Source: Candidatus Omnitrophota bacterium (GTDB lineage: Bacteria > Omnitrophota > Gorgyraeia > Gygaellales > Profunditerraquicolaceae). From it: DNA of 64,000 nt. The stretch spans positions 138,133 to 202,132 of the forward strand of contig QZKH01000002.1 in NCBI GenBank assembly GCA_003598025.1, read 5' to 3'. Positions 38,675 to 47,792 of the stretch are shown in pieces. How positions within the stretch are numbered: the stretch's first letter is position 1; each line of letters begins with the position of its first letter. The notes beneath the pieces were generated by a model. The model saw only the letters and a program-made list of their open reading frames with translations. It searched no databases and had not been told where the DNA came from. Both the position numbers and the translations under genes were made by a program.

Positions 38675-39421
38675 ATGTTAAAGTTTATAATCCTAGGGGT
38701 AATCCAGGGGGTGACAGAGTTTTTACCGGTAAGCAGTTCAGGGCATCTGGTGATATTACAGCATATATTCGGTGTTTCTGAGAAAGAGCTGGCAATAGCT
38801 TTAATCCTGCATCTTGGCACGCTGCTTTCTCTCGTTGTTTTCTTCTATAAGGAGATAATCGGGGCCTTAAGGGACAGGCAAAAGATCCTGCTGATTATAA
38901 TTGTAACTGCCGCGACAGGGATAATTGCTTTATCTGCAAAGGACTTTTTTGAAAGCCTGTTTAACGATATAAAACCGGTAGGAATAAGCCTTTTTGTAAC
39001 CGGGATTATGCTTGTGCTAACTAAATTTATTAACACAGGCATAAAAAGGGATTCGATATCCAAAAAAGATTCTTTACTGATGGGCATAGTGCAGGGGATA
39101 GCTATAATACCCGGTATTTCACGTTCGGGCTCAACAATCTCTGCTTTATTATTTAGAGGAATAGACAGGAAGGCCGCTTTCAGTTTTTCTTTTCTGGCTT
39201 CTATACCTGCTATTCTGGGAGCTTTTATATTGGAGTTTAAAGAAGTTGAATTTGGGATCAAAGGTGATGCCTTAAGTATGTGTGCCGGGCTCTTCTTCAG
39301 TTTTATTTGCGGGATAGCTTCGCTTTGGCTGCTCAAGAGGGTATTAATCAAGGATAAATTGCATTATTTCGGATATTATTGTATAATTCTTTCAATCGTC
39401 GTCTTAATGTATATAAAATGA
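38675..39421 (+). CDS. uppP: Undecaprenyl-diphosphate phosphatase
   Basis: GVTEFLPVSSSGHL N-terminal motif and the PGISRSG motif. Confidence 0.9.
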   Translation: MLKFIILGVIQGVTEFLPVSSSGHLVILQHIFGVSEKELAIALILHLGTLLSLVVFFYKEIIGALRDRQKILLIIIVTAATGIIALSAKDFFESLFNDIKPVGISLFVTGIMLVLTKFINTGIKRDSISKKDSLLMGIVQGIAIIPGISRSGSTISALLFRGIDRKAAFSFSFLASIPAILGAFILEFKEVEFGIKGDALSMCAGLFFSFICGIASLWLLKRVLIKDKLHYFGYYCIILSIVVLMYIK

Positions 39422-40317
39422 GCGTATTAGTATTAGGTACAGTAGCTTTGGATACAGTAAAGACTCCTGCGGGCCTGCGTAAGCATATGCTCGGAGGCTC
39501 AGCTGTCCATTTTTCTATGTCAGCGCGCCTGTTTACCCGCGTGAATATGGTCGCGGTAGTCGGAGACGACTTCCCGGACAAGTATATGAATTTCTTGAAC
39601 AGGAAAGGAATTGTTCTGACATCTTTGATTAAGAGCTACGGCCCGACGTTTAAATGGTCCGGAGAATATAAAGGAGATTTAAACTCTGCCTTAACCTTGA
39701 GCACCGAGTTGGGCGTGCTTTCAGCTTTTAAGCCCCGCGTTTCTTCCGAACAGAGAAAGATAAAAAATGTCTTTCTGGCAAACATCGACCCTGATTTACA
39801 GAGGCATTTATTGAGCCATATGCATTCTCCGAGGCTCACAGCCTTAGATAGCATGAATTACTGGATAAACAATAAAAAGCGTTCTTTGGTCAGGTTGTTA
39901 AAAAGCGTGGATATATTTGTAGCTAATGACCAGGAAGCGAGGGATCTGTCAGGCGATTATAATCTGGTTAAGGCTGCCAAGGGATTAAGGTCTATGGGCC
40001 CTAGAATGGTCTTGATAAAAAAGGGGGAACATGGCGTGTTGTTCTATTGTGATAAATTTATATTTTCGCTTCCGGCATATCCTACGAATAAAGTCATTGA
40101 TCCGACAGGCGCTGGAGATACCTTTGCCGGAGGGTTTATGGGTTATTTAGCCAAAGCAAAAAGAATAAACGAAAAAGCCGTAAAAAATGCCATTGTCTAC
40201 GGGACCATCGCTGCTTCGTTCAGTGTGGAAGGTTTCGGCGTAGATAAGACAGCCAATATCTCCAGGGCAGACCTTGATAAGAGGGCCCGGTTATTCCGCA
40301 AATACGTTTCTTTTTAG
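39418..40317 (+). CDS. PfkB-family carbohydrate/nucleoside kinase
   Basis: DPTGAGDTFAGGF ATP-binding motif. Start ATG 39418 overlaps the uppP stop. Confidence 0.8.
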   Translation: MSVLVLGTVALDTVKTPAGLRKHMLGGSAVHFSMSARLFTRVNMVAVVGDDFPDKYMNFLNRKGIVLTSLIKSYGPTFKWSGEYKGDLNSALTLSTELGVLSAFKPRVSSEQRKIKNVFLANIDPDLQRHLLSHMHSPRLTALDSMNYWINNKKRSLVRLLKSVDIFVANDQEARDLSGDYNLVKAAKGLRSMGPRMVLIKKGEHGVLFYCDKFIFSLPAYPTNKVIDPTGAGDTFAGGFMGYLAKAKRINEKAVKNAIVYGTIAASFSVEGFGVDKTANISRADLDKRARLFRKYVSF

Positions 40318-40352
40318 TAATTAACCGAGATAAAAAAATAGAGGAGAATACA

Positions 40353-40811
40353 ATGTTATTAGAAGAGAAGATACTCAACGATTATAAAGATGCTTTAAAG
40401 AAAAAGGATGCGCCCAGAAGCAGCGCTCTTAGTTATCTTCGTTCCCAGCTTAAGAATATAGCCATAGACAAGAAAAAAGATGTCCTTGATGATAATGAGG
40501 TGGTTATAGTCATAAAAAAACAGATAAAAAAGCTTGAGGATTCCATTGAGCAGTTTAAGAAAGGCATGCGCCAGGATTTAGTCGAAAAAGAAAGCGCAGA
40601 GCTTGACCTCCTAAAGTCCTATCTTCCTCAGGAACTGGCAGCAGAGGAGCTTAAAAAAATAGTCGATGAGACGGTCAGTGCGCTCGGTGCAGTTTCTTTA
40701 AAGGATATGGGTAGAGTGATGAAAGAAGTGATTGAGAAGTCCCAGGGCAGGGCCGACAATAAACTGGTAAGCGACCTTGTAAGGGCAAAGCTCAGCAATC
40801 CCGCCTCTTAA
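40353..40811 (+). CDS. GatB/YqeY-domain protein
   Basis: YqeY family similarity across 152 aa. Confidence 0.75.
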   Translation: MLLEEKILNDYKDALKKKDAPRSSALSYLRSQLKNIAIDKKKDVLDDNEVVIVIKKQIKKLEDSIEQFKKGMRQDLVEKESAELDLLKSYLPQELAAEELKKIVDETVSALGAVSLKDMGRVMKEVIEKSQGRADNKLVSDLVRAKLSNPAS

Positions 40812-40835
40812 GGCGCCTTTAAAACCGTCTTGACA

Positions 40836-40865
40836 TAAGTCATATATTAAGTACAATAATAATAT
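40836..40865 (+). promoter_or_regulatory. Candidate sigma70 promoter of the hydrogenase operon
   Basis: TTGACA, 16 nt, TACAAT upstream of the HypA-like gene. Confidence 0.35.
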
Positions 40866-40949
40866 CGAAGTTCTTAGGTTGGGCAGCTCTCCCGCATTTC
40901 TGCCGATCATACCGTATAAACTTCTGAAAAATAAGGAAAATAAATTTAT

Positions 40950-41192
40950 ATGCATGAATCGCACCTTTTGAAGAATATTTTTCAGTTTCTGGAGAAAGAA
41001 GAAGACACTTCTCATAAAAAGATTAAAAAAATATACCTATCGATCTCCCAGTTTTCCGGCTTAAGCAGAGAGCATTTTATGGAGCATTATAGAATTGCCT
41101 CTTCAGGGACAAAATGGGAAGATTTGGAGATTGATATCAAAAGAGTGCCGTTTGGCCCGGAATTAGAGATTAACAGGCTGGATTTTGTTTAA
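40950..41192 (+). CDS. HypA-like hydrogenase nickel-incorporation N-domain protein lacking the zinc-finger domain
   Basis: Begins MHESHLLKNI (MHE Ni-binding motif) and follows the HypA N-domain pattern, but has no Cys. Sits directly upstream of the hydrogenase genes. Confidence 0.4.
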   Translation: MHESHLLKNIFQFLEKEEDTSHKKIKKIYLSISQFSGLSREHFMEHYRIASSGTKWEDLEIDIKRVPFGPELEINRLDFV

Positions 41193-41224
41193 ATCATAAG
41201 AATTAATCAAATCGGAGGATAAAG

Positions 41225-42262
41225 GTGAAGTACGGTTCTATAAAAAAGGATGATTTAAATACCTGGATTACCCATCTTAAAAAGAAAGCTAAGTTATATG
41301 CGCCCAAGAAGAAAGAAAACCAGTTTGTTTTTAGGCCGGTTAAAGATATCAATGATATATCCCTTAAATACATCCCCACAATTTTACCTCCTAAGAAGTA
41401 CTATTTTCCTCAGAAAGAAAAATTATTTAAATTTGGAGTAAACCCTTTCAAAACATCTAAGGCAATATCTGAGTTTGAAGAGTTTATCCTCTTTGGCGTG
41501 CATACCTGTGATATCGCAGGTATCCAGTGTATGGATGTTGTCTTCAGGGAGTCTCCGGAGGATCCGAATTATCTTAATAGAAAAGATAAGATGATTATAA
41601 TAGGCATTGAATGTTTAGAATATTGCGATAAATACGCCAATTGCACATCAATGGGAACGCATGTTCCAAGAGGCGGTTATGATTTGATGATGGTTGACCT
41701 CGGTGATAATTTTATACTCCACGTCAATTCCGAGAAGGGTGAAAAGCTTGTTTCCGGGCTAGGCTATATCAAAGAAGCAGATGAGAAAGAGATGAGCCAG
41801 CTTGAGCGGGTAAGGGAAGCTAAAAAGAAAGTTTTTAAAGAAGAGTTTATCTCTTCCCTGCAGAAGGTGCATGAAGCATTCGGGAATAATTTTGCTTCAG
41901 GTGTATGGAAAGATGTAGGCAGGCGTTGTGTTGCCTGCGGTAATTGCACCGCAGTATGCCCTACCTGTTATTGTTTTGATGTCATGGATGATATGGAGCT
42001 TTCTCTTGCCAGCGGGACCCGCTATCGCGTATGGAATTCATGCCAGATGGATGATTTCGCCAAAGTAGCCGGCGGAGAAGATTTTCGCAAGGGCAGGGAT
42101 TCAAGGCAGAGGCACAGATATTACAGAAAATTTAAATATCCGGTTGATAAATTTAACCGGTATTTTTGTGTTGGATGCGGAAGGTGCACCAGGACATGCA
42201 TGGCGGATATAAACCTGGTAGAGACTGTAAATTCAATTCTAAGCGCTAAAGATATCGAATAA
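41225..42262 (+). CDS. Group-3b [NiFe]-hydrogenase beta subunit (Fe-S, sulfhydrogenase HydB-like)
   Basis: Multiple Fe-S Cys clusters (CVACGNCTAVCPTCYC, CVGCGRCTRTC). GTG start. First gene of a beta-gamma-delta-alpha set. Confidence 0.7.
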   Translation: MKYGSIKKDDLNTWITHLKKKAKLYAPKKKENQFVFRPVKDINDISLKYIPTILPPKKYYFPQKEKLFKFGVNPFKTSKAISEFEEFILFGVHTCDIAGIQCMDVVFRESPEDPNYLNRKDKMIIIGIECLEYCDKYANCTSMGTHVPRGGYDLMMVDLGDNFILHVNSEKGEKLVSGLGYIKEADEKEMSQLERVREAKKKVFKEEFISSLQKVHEAFGNNFASGVWKDVGRRCVACGNCTAVCPTCYCFDVMDDMELSLASGTRYRVWNSCQMDDFAKVAGGEDFRKGRDSRQRHRYYRKFKYPVDKFNRYFCVGCGRCTRTCMADINLVETVNSILSAKDIE

Positions 42263-42276
42263 AAGGAGCATATGCT

Positions 42277-43143
42277 ATGATTGATAAAGAAATTCTTCTG
42301 GAAAAGATGAAGACTTCTCCTTACAAGCCTATGAAGGGCCGGATTATCGAAGCAGAAATGCTTACGGATAAAGAGAAGTTCTTCCGTATTGAACTTGAAG
42401 GTAAGATTAACCTGGCACATGACCCGGGCCAATTTGTTATGGTTTCCATATTCGGGTATGGAGAGGCACCGATATCGGTATGCTCTTCTCCTACCGATAA
42501 AGGGTATTTTGACCTTACTGTCAGGAATGTAGGGGTTTTTACCGACAAACTGCATAAGCTTAATAAAGGTGACATGGTCGGCATAAGAGGCCCTTTTGGC
42601 AAAGGTTTCCCGGTAGATAACATGTTTGGATATGATTTAGTGGTTGTAGGCGGGGGTATAGGCATAGTGCCACTCAGGTCGTTAATAAGGTATATAATGC
42701 ATAATAGGAATGATTTTGGCAACGTGCAGATTTTGCTTGGATGCAAAACTCCCAAGGAAATGCTTTTTAAAGAAGAGGCCAAAGAGTGGATGAAGAGAGC
42801 AGAGATAAAATTTAATTGCACCGTTGATAAGGCTGATCCTGAATGGAAAGGCAACGTCGGTTTGATAACTACGCTGATACCGGGAGTAGATATAAATCCG
42901 TCTAAGACTTATGCTGTCGTAGTCGGTCCTCCGATTATGTACAAATTCGTAATCGTTAAGCTTTTAGAAAAAAATATACCTGATCATCAGATTGTAGTTT
43001 CTTTGGAGAGAAGGATGCGTTGCGGTTTGGGTAAATGCGGGCATTGTCAGATAGAGGGAGTTTATGTCTGCCAGTCCGGCCCGGTTTTTAATTATAATCA
43101 ATTAAGAGACTTTAAAGGAGAATGCCATGAAAAAGCAATCTAA
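42277..43143 (+). CDS. Group-3b hydrogenase gamma subunit (FAD/NAD(P)-binding, [2Fe-2S]; HydG/PyrK-like)
   Basis: Ferredoxin-NADP reductase-like fold (LVVVGGGIGIVP) and C-terminal CGLGKCGHCQ. Confidence 0.7.
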   Translation: MIDKEILLEKMKTSPYKPMKGRIIEAEMLTDKEKFFRIELEGKINLAHDPGQFVMVSIFGYGEAPISVCSSPTDKGYFDLTVRNVGVFTDKLHKLNKGDMVGIRGPFGKGFPVDNMFGYDLVVVGGGIGIVPLRSLIRYIMHNRNDFGNVQILLGCKTPKEMLFKEEAKEWMKRAEIKFNCTVDKADPEWKGNVGLITTLIPGVDINPSKTYAVVVGPPIMYKFVIVKLLEKNIPDHQIVVSLERRMRCGLGKCGHCQIEGVYVCQSGPVFNYNQLRDFKGECHEKAI

Positions 43144-43891
43144 GCCGAAAGTTGCTTTTTTTGATTTTACGGATTGTGAAGGTTGCCAGCTTCAGATAGC
43201 CAATACAGGACAAACCCTGCTGGATATCATGGAACTGGTTGATATCGTCAATTTCCGTGAAGTTATGTCTGAGGCAGGAGAGGATTATGATGTTGCTTTC
43301 GTTGAAGGCAGCATTTCTACTGACAACGACGTAAAAAGGATCAAAAAAATCAGAGAAAAAGCAAAAATCGTGGTAGCTTTTGGCGCCTGTGCTACTATCG
43401 GCGGAGTAAACGGTATCAAAAACAGATTTCCACTTGAAGTTGCCAAGGATAGGGTCTACGGAGATAAGGCTGATACTGTAAACACTATAAAAAATATGCC
43501 CTTACATGAGGTGATCAAAGTAGATTATTTTATTCACGGTTGCGTGCCGTATATACCTGAAATCGTGACTGTTTTAAAATGTATTCTTATGGGTAAACCG
43601 TATGTTTTACCCAATTATCCTGTCTGTGTGGAGTGCAAAATGAATGAAAACGTCTGCCGTTATGAAAAGGATCAGGAGTGTATGGGTCCGGTCACCAGGG
43701 CAGGGTGTAATTCATGGTGTATTAATAATGGGAACAGGTGTTATGGCTGCAGAGGGTTAGTAGACAGCCCGGCTGTTGACGCAGCAAAAGACATATTATC
43801 AAAATACGGCCTTAAGGTAGATGATATTTTGCAGAGTTTTACACTTTATAATGATTCAATGGGGGAGAAATATGACAAAGAGTTCAAATAA
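43127..43891 (+). CDS. [NiFe]-hydrogenase small (delta) subunit
   Basis: FDFTDCEGCQ proximal-cluster motif, AFGACATIGG, additional Cys ligands. Confidence 0.8.
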   Translation: MKKQSKPKVAFFDFTDCEGCQLQIANTGQTLLDIMELVDIVNFREVMSEAGEDYDVAFVEGSISTDNDVKRIKKIREKAKIVVAFGACATIGGVNGIKNRFPLEVAKDRVYGDKADTVNTIKNMPLHEVIKVDYFIHGCVPYIPEIVTVLKCILMGKPYVLPNYPVCVECKMNENVCRYEKDQECMGPVTRAGCNSWCINNGNRCYGCRGLVDSPAVDAAKDILSKYGLKVDDILQSFTLYNDSMGEKYDKEFK

Positions 43892-45224
43892 AATAGATTC
43901 CAAGAATGTAAAAGTAGATGTGCATTACCTGACAAGGGTAGAAGGGCATGGCAATATCGTAGTTGATGTAAAAGACGGTAAACTTACCAAATGCGAATTC
44001 CAGGTTATTGAATCCCCCAGGTTTTTTGAGTCCATGCTGGTCAAGAGGTCTATTTGGGAAGCACAGCATCTTACCAGCCGTATCTGCGGTATCTGCGCCT
44101 GCGGGCATAGCCTTGCAAGCGTAAAGGCAGGAGAGGACGCATTGGGCATTAAACCTTCGGAAGAAACAATCATGTTGCGCAAATTATTGCTCTATGCAGA
44201 GCAGATGGACAGCCATATCCTGCATATTTATATACTCGTCGCTCCTGACCTGCTTGGGGTTAAAAGTATAGTGCCGCTGGTTAAGACCCATCGGCCGGTT
44301 ATAGAAATGGCTTTACGTATGAAAAGGATGAGTGATTATGCCGGAGAAGTCTTAGCAGGCAGGCATATCCATCCGATAAGTTACGTTATAGGAGGCCTTA
44401 CACAACTGCCTTCCCAGGAAGGTCTTGAAAAACTATACAAAATGATGCTTGATGCGCGTAAGGATACCGAGCAGACTATAAAAATAATCAAAACCCTTAA
44501 GTTCCCTGAATTTCAGAGGCCCACGCAGTATATGTCTCTTTCTTCTAATGAAGAATATGCGATGTATGACGGTGACCTGGTAGTAAACAAAGGCTCTAAA
44601 ACAAAAGTCAGGGATTACCGGAAGTTATTCAGCGAGCAGGTGAAAGATTATTCCCGGGCCAAGGTTTCTACGATAAACGGAAAGTCTTATGCCGTAGGTG
44701 CGCTCTCCAGGTTCAATAATAATTCTGATAAGCTAAATAAAAAAGCCAAAGAAGCCGCCAGGGAGCTTGGGTTAAAAGCGCCTTGCCATAATCCTTACCT
44801 TAATACTGCAGCGCAGTTAGTAGAATGGGTGCACTGCCTGGAAGAATCCATAATAATAATGGAGAAGATATTAAAGGACGGCATAAACGAAAATAAAGTG
44901 GTTGTCCCTTCATGGCCGAAGAGGAGCGAGCTTGATAAGATAAAATACAAGCCTAATACCGGGGCTGCCTGTGTGGAAGTGCCGCGAGGGTCTTTATTCC
45001 ATGAATATACCATTGATGATACCGGACATATTACCGCGGCTAATTGCGTTATTCCGACAAATCAGAATATGGGTAATTTAGAAGATGATATGGCTAAATT
45101 AGTCCCTGAGCTTCTGGGTAAAAAAACGCAGGAAGAGATCACATTAGACCTTGAGATGCTTGCCAGGGCATATGACCCGTGTATATCCTGCGCAACACAT
45201 CTTTTAGATGTCAAATTTGTCTAA
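43872..45224 (+). CDS. [NiFe]-hydrogenase large (alpha) subunit
   Basis: N-terminal RICGICACGHS (L1) and C-terminal DPCISCATH (L2) Ni-Fe ligands. Start ATG 43872 with RBS GGGGGAG. Confidence 0.9.
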   Translation: MTKSSNKIDSKNVKVDVHYLTRVEGHGNIVVDVKDGKLTKCEFQVIESPRFFESMLVKRSIWEAQHLTSRICGICACGHSLASVKAGEDALGIKPSEETIMLRKLLLYAEQMDSHILHIYILVAPDLLGVKSIVPLVKTHRPVIEMALRMKRMSDYAGEVLAGRHIHPISYVIGGLTQLPSQEGLEKLYKMMLDARKDTEQTIKIIKTLKFPEFQRPTQYMSLSSNEEYAMYDGDLVVNKGSKTKVRDYRKLFSEQVKDYSRAKVSTINGKSYAVGALSRFNNNSDKLNKKAKEAARELGLKAPCHNPYLNTAAQLVEWVHCLEESIIIMEKILKDGINENKVVVPSWPKRSELDKIKYKPNTGAACVEVPRGSLFHEYTIDDTGHITAANCVIPTNQNMGNLEDDMAKLVPELLGKKTQEEITLDLEMLARAYDPCISCATHLLDVKFV

Positions 45225-45690
45225 AGTTTTTTCTGTAATAGGATTGGGTAATACTTTAAGGAGAGATGACGGAATCGGAATCGTGGTTCTAGAATCTCTC
45301 CTTCAGTTTTATAGAGAAGAGAATGTTGACTATCTTAATTTTGGTACGGCGAGCTTCAACCTGGTTAACAAGATAAAAGATTATAAGGCTGTTTTGCTTA
45401 TAGATGGCATTGATGCCGGCCTGCTGCCCGGAGAGTTGAAAATATTTGACCTGCAGGATATATGCTATAATACAGAAGATTGCAATTCATCTACGCACGA
45501 GCTTAATTTGACCAGTTTGTTTGAGCTCAGCAGGAAGCTGGGGTTAAAGACAAAGATCTATGTCGCAGGAATACAGGTGCAAGATACCGGCTGGGGAGAA
45601 GGCTTAAGCCCCGCGGTCAATAATAACAGGCAGGATATTATTGAAAATATAAGTTTTTTCATAAAAGAAAATTTTGTGAACCATAGTTAA
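45208..45690 (+). CDS. Hydrogenase maturation endopeptidase (HycI/HyaD family)
   Basis: VIGLGNTLRRDDGIGI N-terminal motif. Confidence 0.8.
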   Translation: MSNLSKVFSVIGLGNTLRRDDGIGIVVLESLLQFYREENVDYLNFGTASFNLVNKIKDYKAVLLIDGIDAGLLPGELKIFDLQDICYNTEDCNSSTHELNLTSLFELSRKLGLKTKIYVAGIQVQDTGWGEGLSPAVNNNRQDIIENISFFIKENFVNHS

Positions 45691-45714
45691 GGTTAAAGCA
45701 GCGCATAATATAAA

Positions 45715-46911
45715 ATGTTTTCATCGTTAAGGGTAAGAAATTTTCAATTATACTGGGTGGGCATGTTTATATCGCTTATAGGCAGCTGGATCCAGATAAC
45801 TGCGCAGAGCTGGCTTGTATTTGAATTGACTAAATCCGCGTTTCTGTTGGGCCTGGTGAGTTTCCTGAACCTTATACCGGTATTTTTCCTTTCTTTGTTC
45901 GGCGGCGTGTTGGCAGACAGAATAAATAAGCGCAACATCCTGATTATCACGCAGAATGCCTTTATGATATTAGCTTTTATATTAGGCTATATGACCCAGG
46001 CAGAGATAATCACGCCAAAACTTATAATGATAATTGCTCTGTTGAATGGTATTGTAATGGCTTTTGATGCCCCCAGCAGGCAGGCCATGGTGGTAGAGTT
46101 AGTCGGTAAAAGTCATCTTATGAATGCCGTGGCGCTCAATTCGCTTGCTTTTAATTCCAGCAGGATAATCGGGCCCGCACTGGCAGCAATCTTAGTGGCA
46201 GGCATAGGCATGTACGGGTGTTTCTATATTAATGGATTCAGTTTTATTGCTGTTATAGCAGCGCTTATGATGATAAAAAACGGCAAGCCGGATAAAATAA
46301 ATACGGGTAATTCATTGCTTAAGGATATAAAAGAGGCGCTATATTATATAAAAGACAACAGGATTATGCTGATTTTGGTGGCGATCGTAGGCGTGATCAG
46401 TTTATTCGGGGTATCTTATGTTATTCTTATGCCAGTTTTTGCGCGCAATGTTTTAGGCTCGGGTGTAAAAGAATTCGGTAAACTTATGTCTGCGATAGGA
46501 GCTGGGGCTATTTTATCTACGCTACTTTTAGCTAAACTCGGGGATTTTAAAAATAAAGGCAAATTCCTGCTGTTCTCTTTGGTTATGTTTTCAGTTTCAC
46601 TGATCTTGCTTTCGTTTACACGCCAGCATCTATTAGCTATAGCAGTGCTTGTTTTTCTGGGCTGGGGCGCGGTATCGGCTACAGCGATAATAAACACGCT
46701 GTTACAAGATATGGTTTCTGACAGATTAAGGGGCAGGGTAATGAGCATATTTATGTTTACTTTTGCGGGGATGATGCCATTTGGAAACTTAGTAACAGGG
46801 TATTTAGCTTCTGTCTGGGATGTCAGCAATGCGATTTTGTTCAGCGGTATCATTTGCCTGGTTTTTTCTGTTTATGCCGGTATTTTCTTCCCCAAGTTAA
46901 GAAGTTTGTGA
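45715..46911 (+). CDS. MFS transporter
   Basis: 12-TM topology. N-terminal FQLYWVGMFISLIGSWIQ, typical of MFS-3/EntS-like exporters. Confidence 0.7.
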   Translation: MFSSLRVRNFQLYWVGMFISLIGSWIQITAQSWLVFELTKSAFLLGLVSFLNLIPVFFLSLFGGVLADRINKRNILIITQNAFMILAFILGYMTQAEIITPKLIMIIALLNGIVMAFDAPSRQAMVVELVGKSHLMNAVALNSLAFNSSRIIGPALAAILVAGIGMYGCFYINGFSFIAVIAALMMIKNGKPDKINTGNSLLKDIKEALYYIKDNRIMLILVAIVGVISLFGVSYVILMPVFARNVLGSGVKEFGKLMSAIGAGAILSTLLLAKLGDFKNKGKFLLFSLVMFSVSLILLSFTRQHLLAIAVLVFLGWGAVSATAIINTLLQDMVSDRLRGRVMSIFMFTFAGMMPFGNLVTGYLASVWDVSNAILFSGIICLVFSVYAGIFFPKLRSL

Positions 46912-46971
46912 ATTATTAATTTGTAATTACGGCAAGAATATAGTAACATTATTTGAAAAAGGAGGAGGTAG

Positions 46972-47433
46972 ATGAGGAATATTTTTATCTTGGTTATGGT
47001 TTTGTTTCTTATTTTGCCTTTGGCCGGCTGCGGCAAGAAGAATCCGGCTGATGAGGCGCAGGAAGCGATCAGTATTGAAGAGCTCGGAGATATAGCTATG
47101 CAGGAAAATGCAACAAAGGTCAATCCTACAGTTGCAACTGCCGAGCCGGTTAAGGAGGCAGTTCCCCTAACCAGTACCACAGCCGTTAACCCCGGAATTA
47201 CTAAATTAGAGCCATTGCCGCCACCTGGCCCATATAGGCCGTCGATTCAGCAGATACAGACAGCCTTACAGGCAGCGGGTTTCTATAAGGGTGCTATAGA
47301 TGGTAAATCCGGCCCGATGACTAAAAAAGCTATCAAGGATTTCCAGGCTGCGAATAACCTGCAGGTAGACGGAAAAGTCGGCCCAAAAACCTGGGCAGTT
47401 TTAGCCAACTATTTGAAAAGCCCTCAGAGCTGA
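46972..47433 (+). CDS. Lipoprotein with a C-terminal peptidoglycan-binding domain
   Basis: Lipobox LAGCG. PG_binding_1-like QIQTALQAAGFYKGAIDGKSGPMTKKAIKDFQAANNLQVDGKVGPKTW. Confidence 0.7.
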   Translation: MRNIFILVMVLFLILPLAGCGKKNPADEAQEAISIEELGDIAMQENATKVNPTVATAEPVKEAVPLTSTTAVNPGITKLEPLPPPGPYRPSIQQIQTALQAAGFYKGAIDGKSGPMTKKAIKDFQAANNLQVDGKVGPKTWAVLANYLKSPQS

Positions 47434-47462
47434 TTATTGCTGTTACGGCTTTGATTTTAGCC

Positions 47463-47491
47463 TTGAATTGGGCTTTTCCAGGCTGTATACT
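47463..47491 (+). promoter_or_regulatory. Sigma70-type promoter driving the structured leader RNA
   Basis: TTGAAT (47463..47468), 17 nt, TATACT (47486..47491). Confidence 0.5.
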
Positions 47492-47497
47492 TTATAT

Positions 47498-47730
47498 AGA
47501 GGTAAGCCGATAAAGGCAAACTTCCGCTTTGTAAAAGCGGGCGCAGAGTTAGCGCTTGCGCATCGAAAGATAAGGACCTCGCACTTTGTGCGAGCTCGCC
47601 AGACTTAAGGTTATAGTTGGCGAGGCAAAGCCACAGACCTAAACCCGCTTTGGAGGAAATGGGTAGGGTAGCTGGGTTGCCGAAGGACGGTAGAGCCAGA
47701 GAGTACCTCTGGCCTTTATCGGCGGTTTTT
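47498..47730 (+). ncRNA. Structured leader RNA with GEMM (c-di-GMP-I riboswitch)-like conserved segments, possibly tandem or insertion-bearing
   Basis: Closing helix CCGATAAAGG (47507..47516) pairs with CCTTTATCGG (47713..47722). Internal GGCAAAC plus a GNRA (GUAA) hairpin. GCAAAGCCACAGACCUAAACC and GGGUAGGGUAGCUGGGUUGCCGAAGG closely match the Vc2 GEMM-I segments GCAAAGCCUCCGGCCUAAACC and GGUAGGUAGCGGGGUUACCGAUGG, recalled from memory. Confidence 0.5.
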
Positions 47731-47732
47731 AT

Positions 47733-47758
47733 CCCAACATTAGTTGGGATTTTTTATT
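47733..47758 (+). terminator. Intrinsic terminator after the leader RNA
   Basis: CCCAAC-ATTA-GTTGGG hairpin followed by ATTTTTTATT. Confidence 0.65.
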
Positions 47759-47792
47759 GGGTAGTCCTGCCTATTATGTTATAATATAGCCC

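Noticed and set aside
47498-47730. Structured RNA as RNase P RNA, SRP RNA, tmRNA, 6S RNA or glmS ribozyme
   Set aside because: None of the hallmark motifs is present: RNase P P4 GGAAAGUCCGG, SRP domain-IV, tmRNA tRNA-like ends or CCA, 6S end-to-end duplex, glmS core. The GEMM-like blocks fit better.
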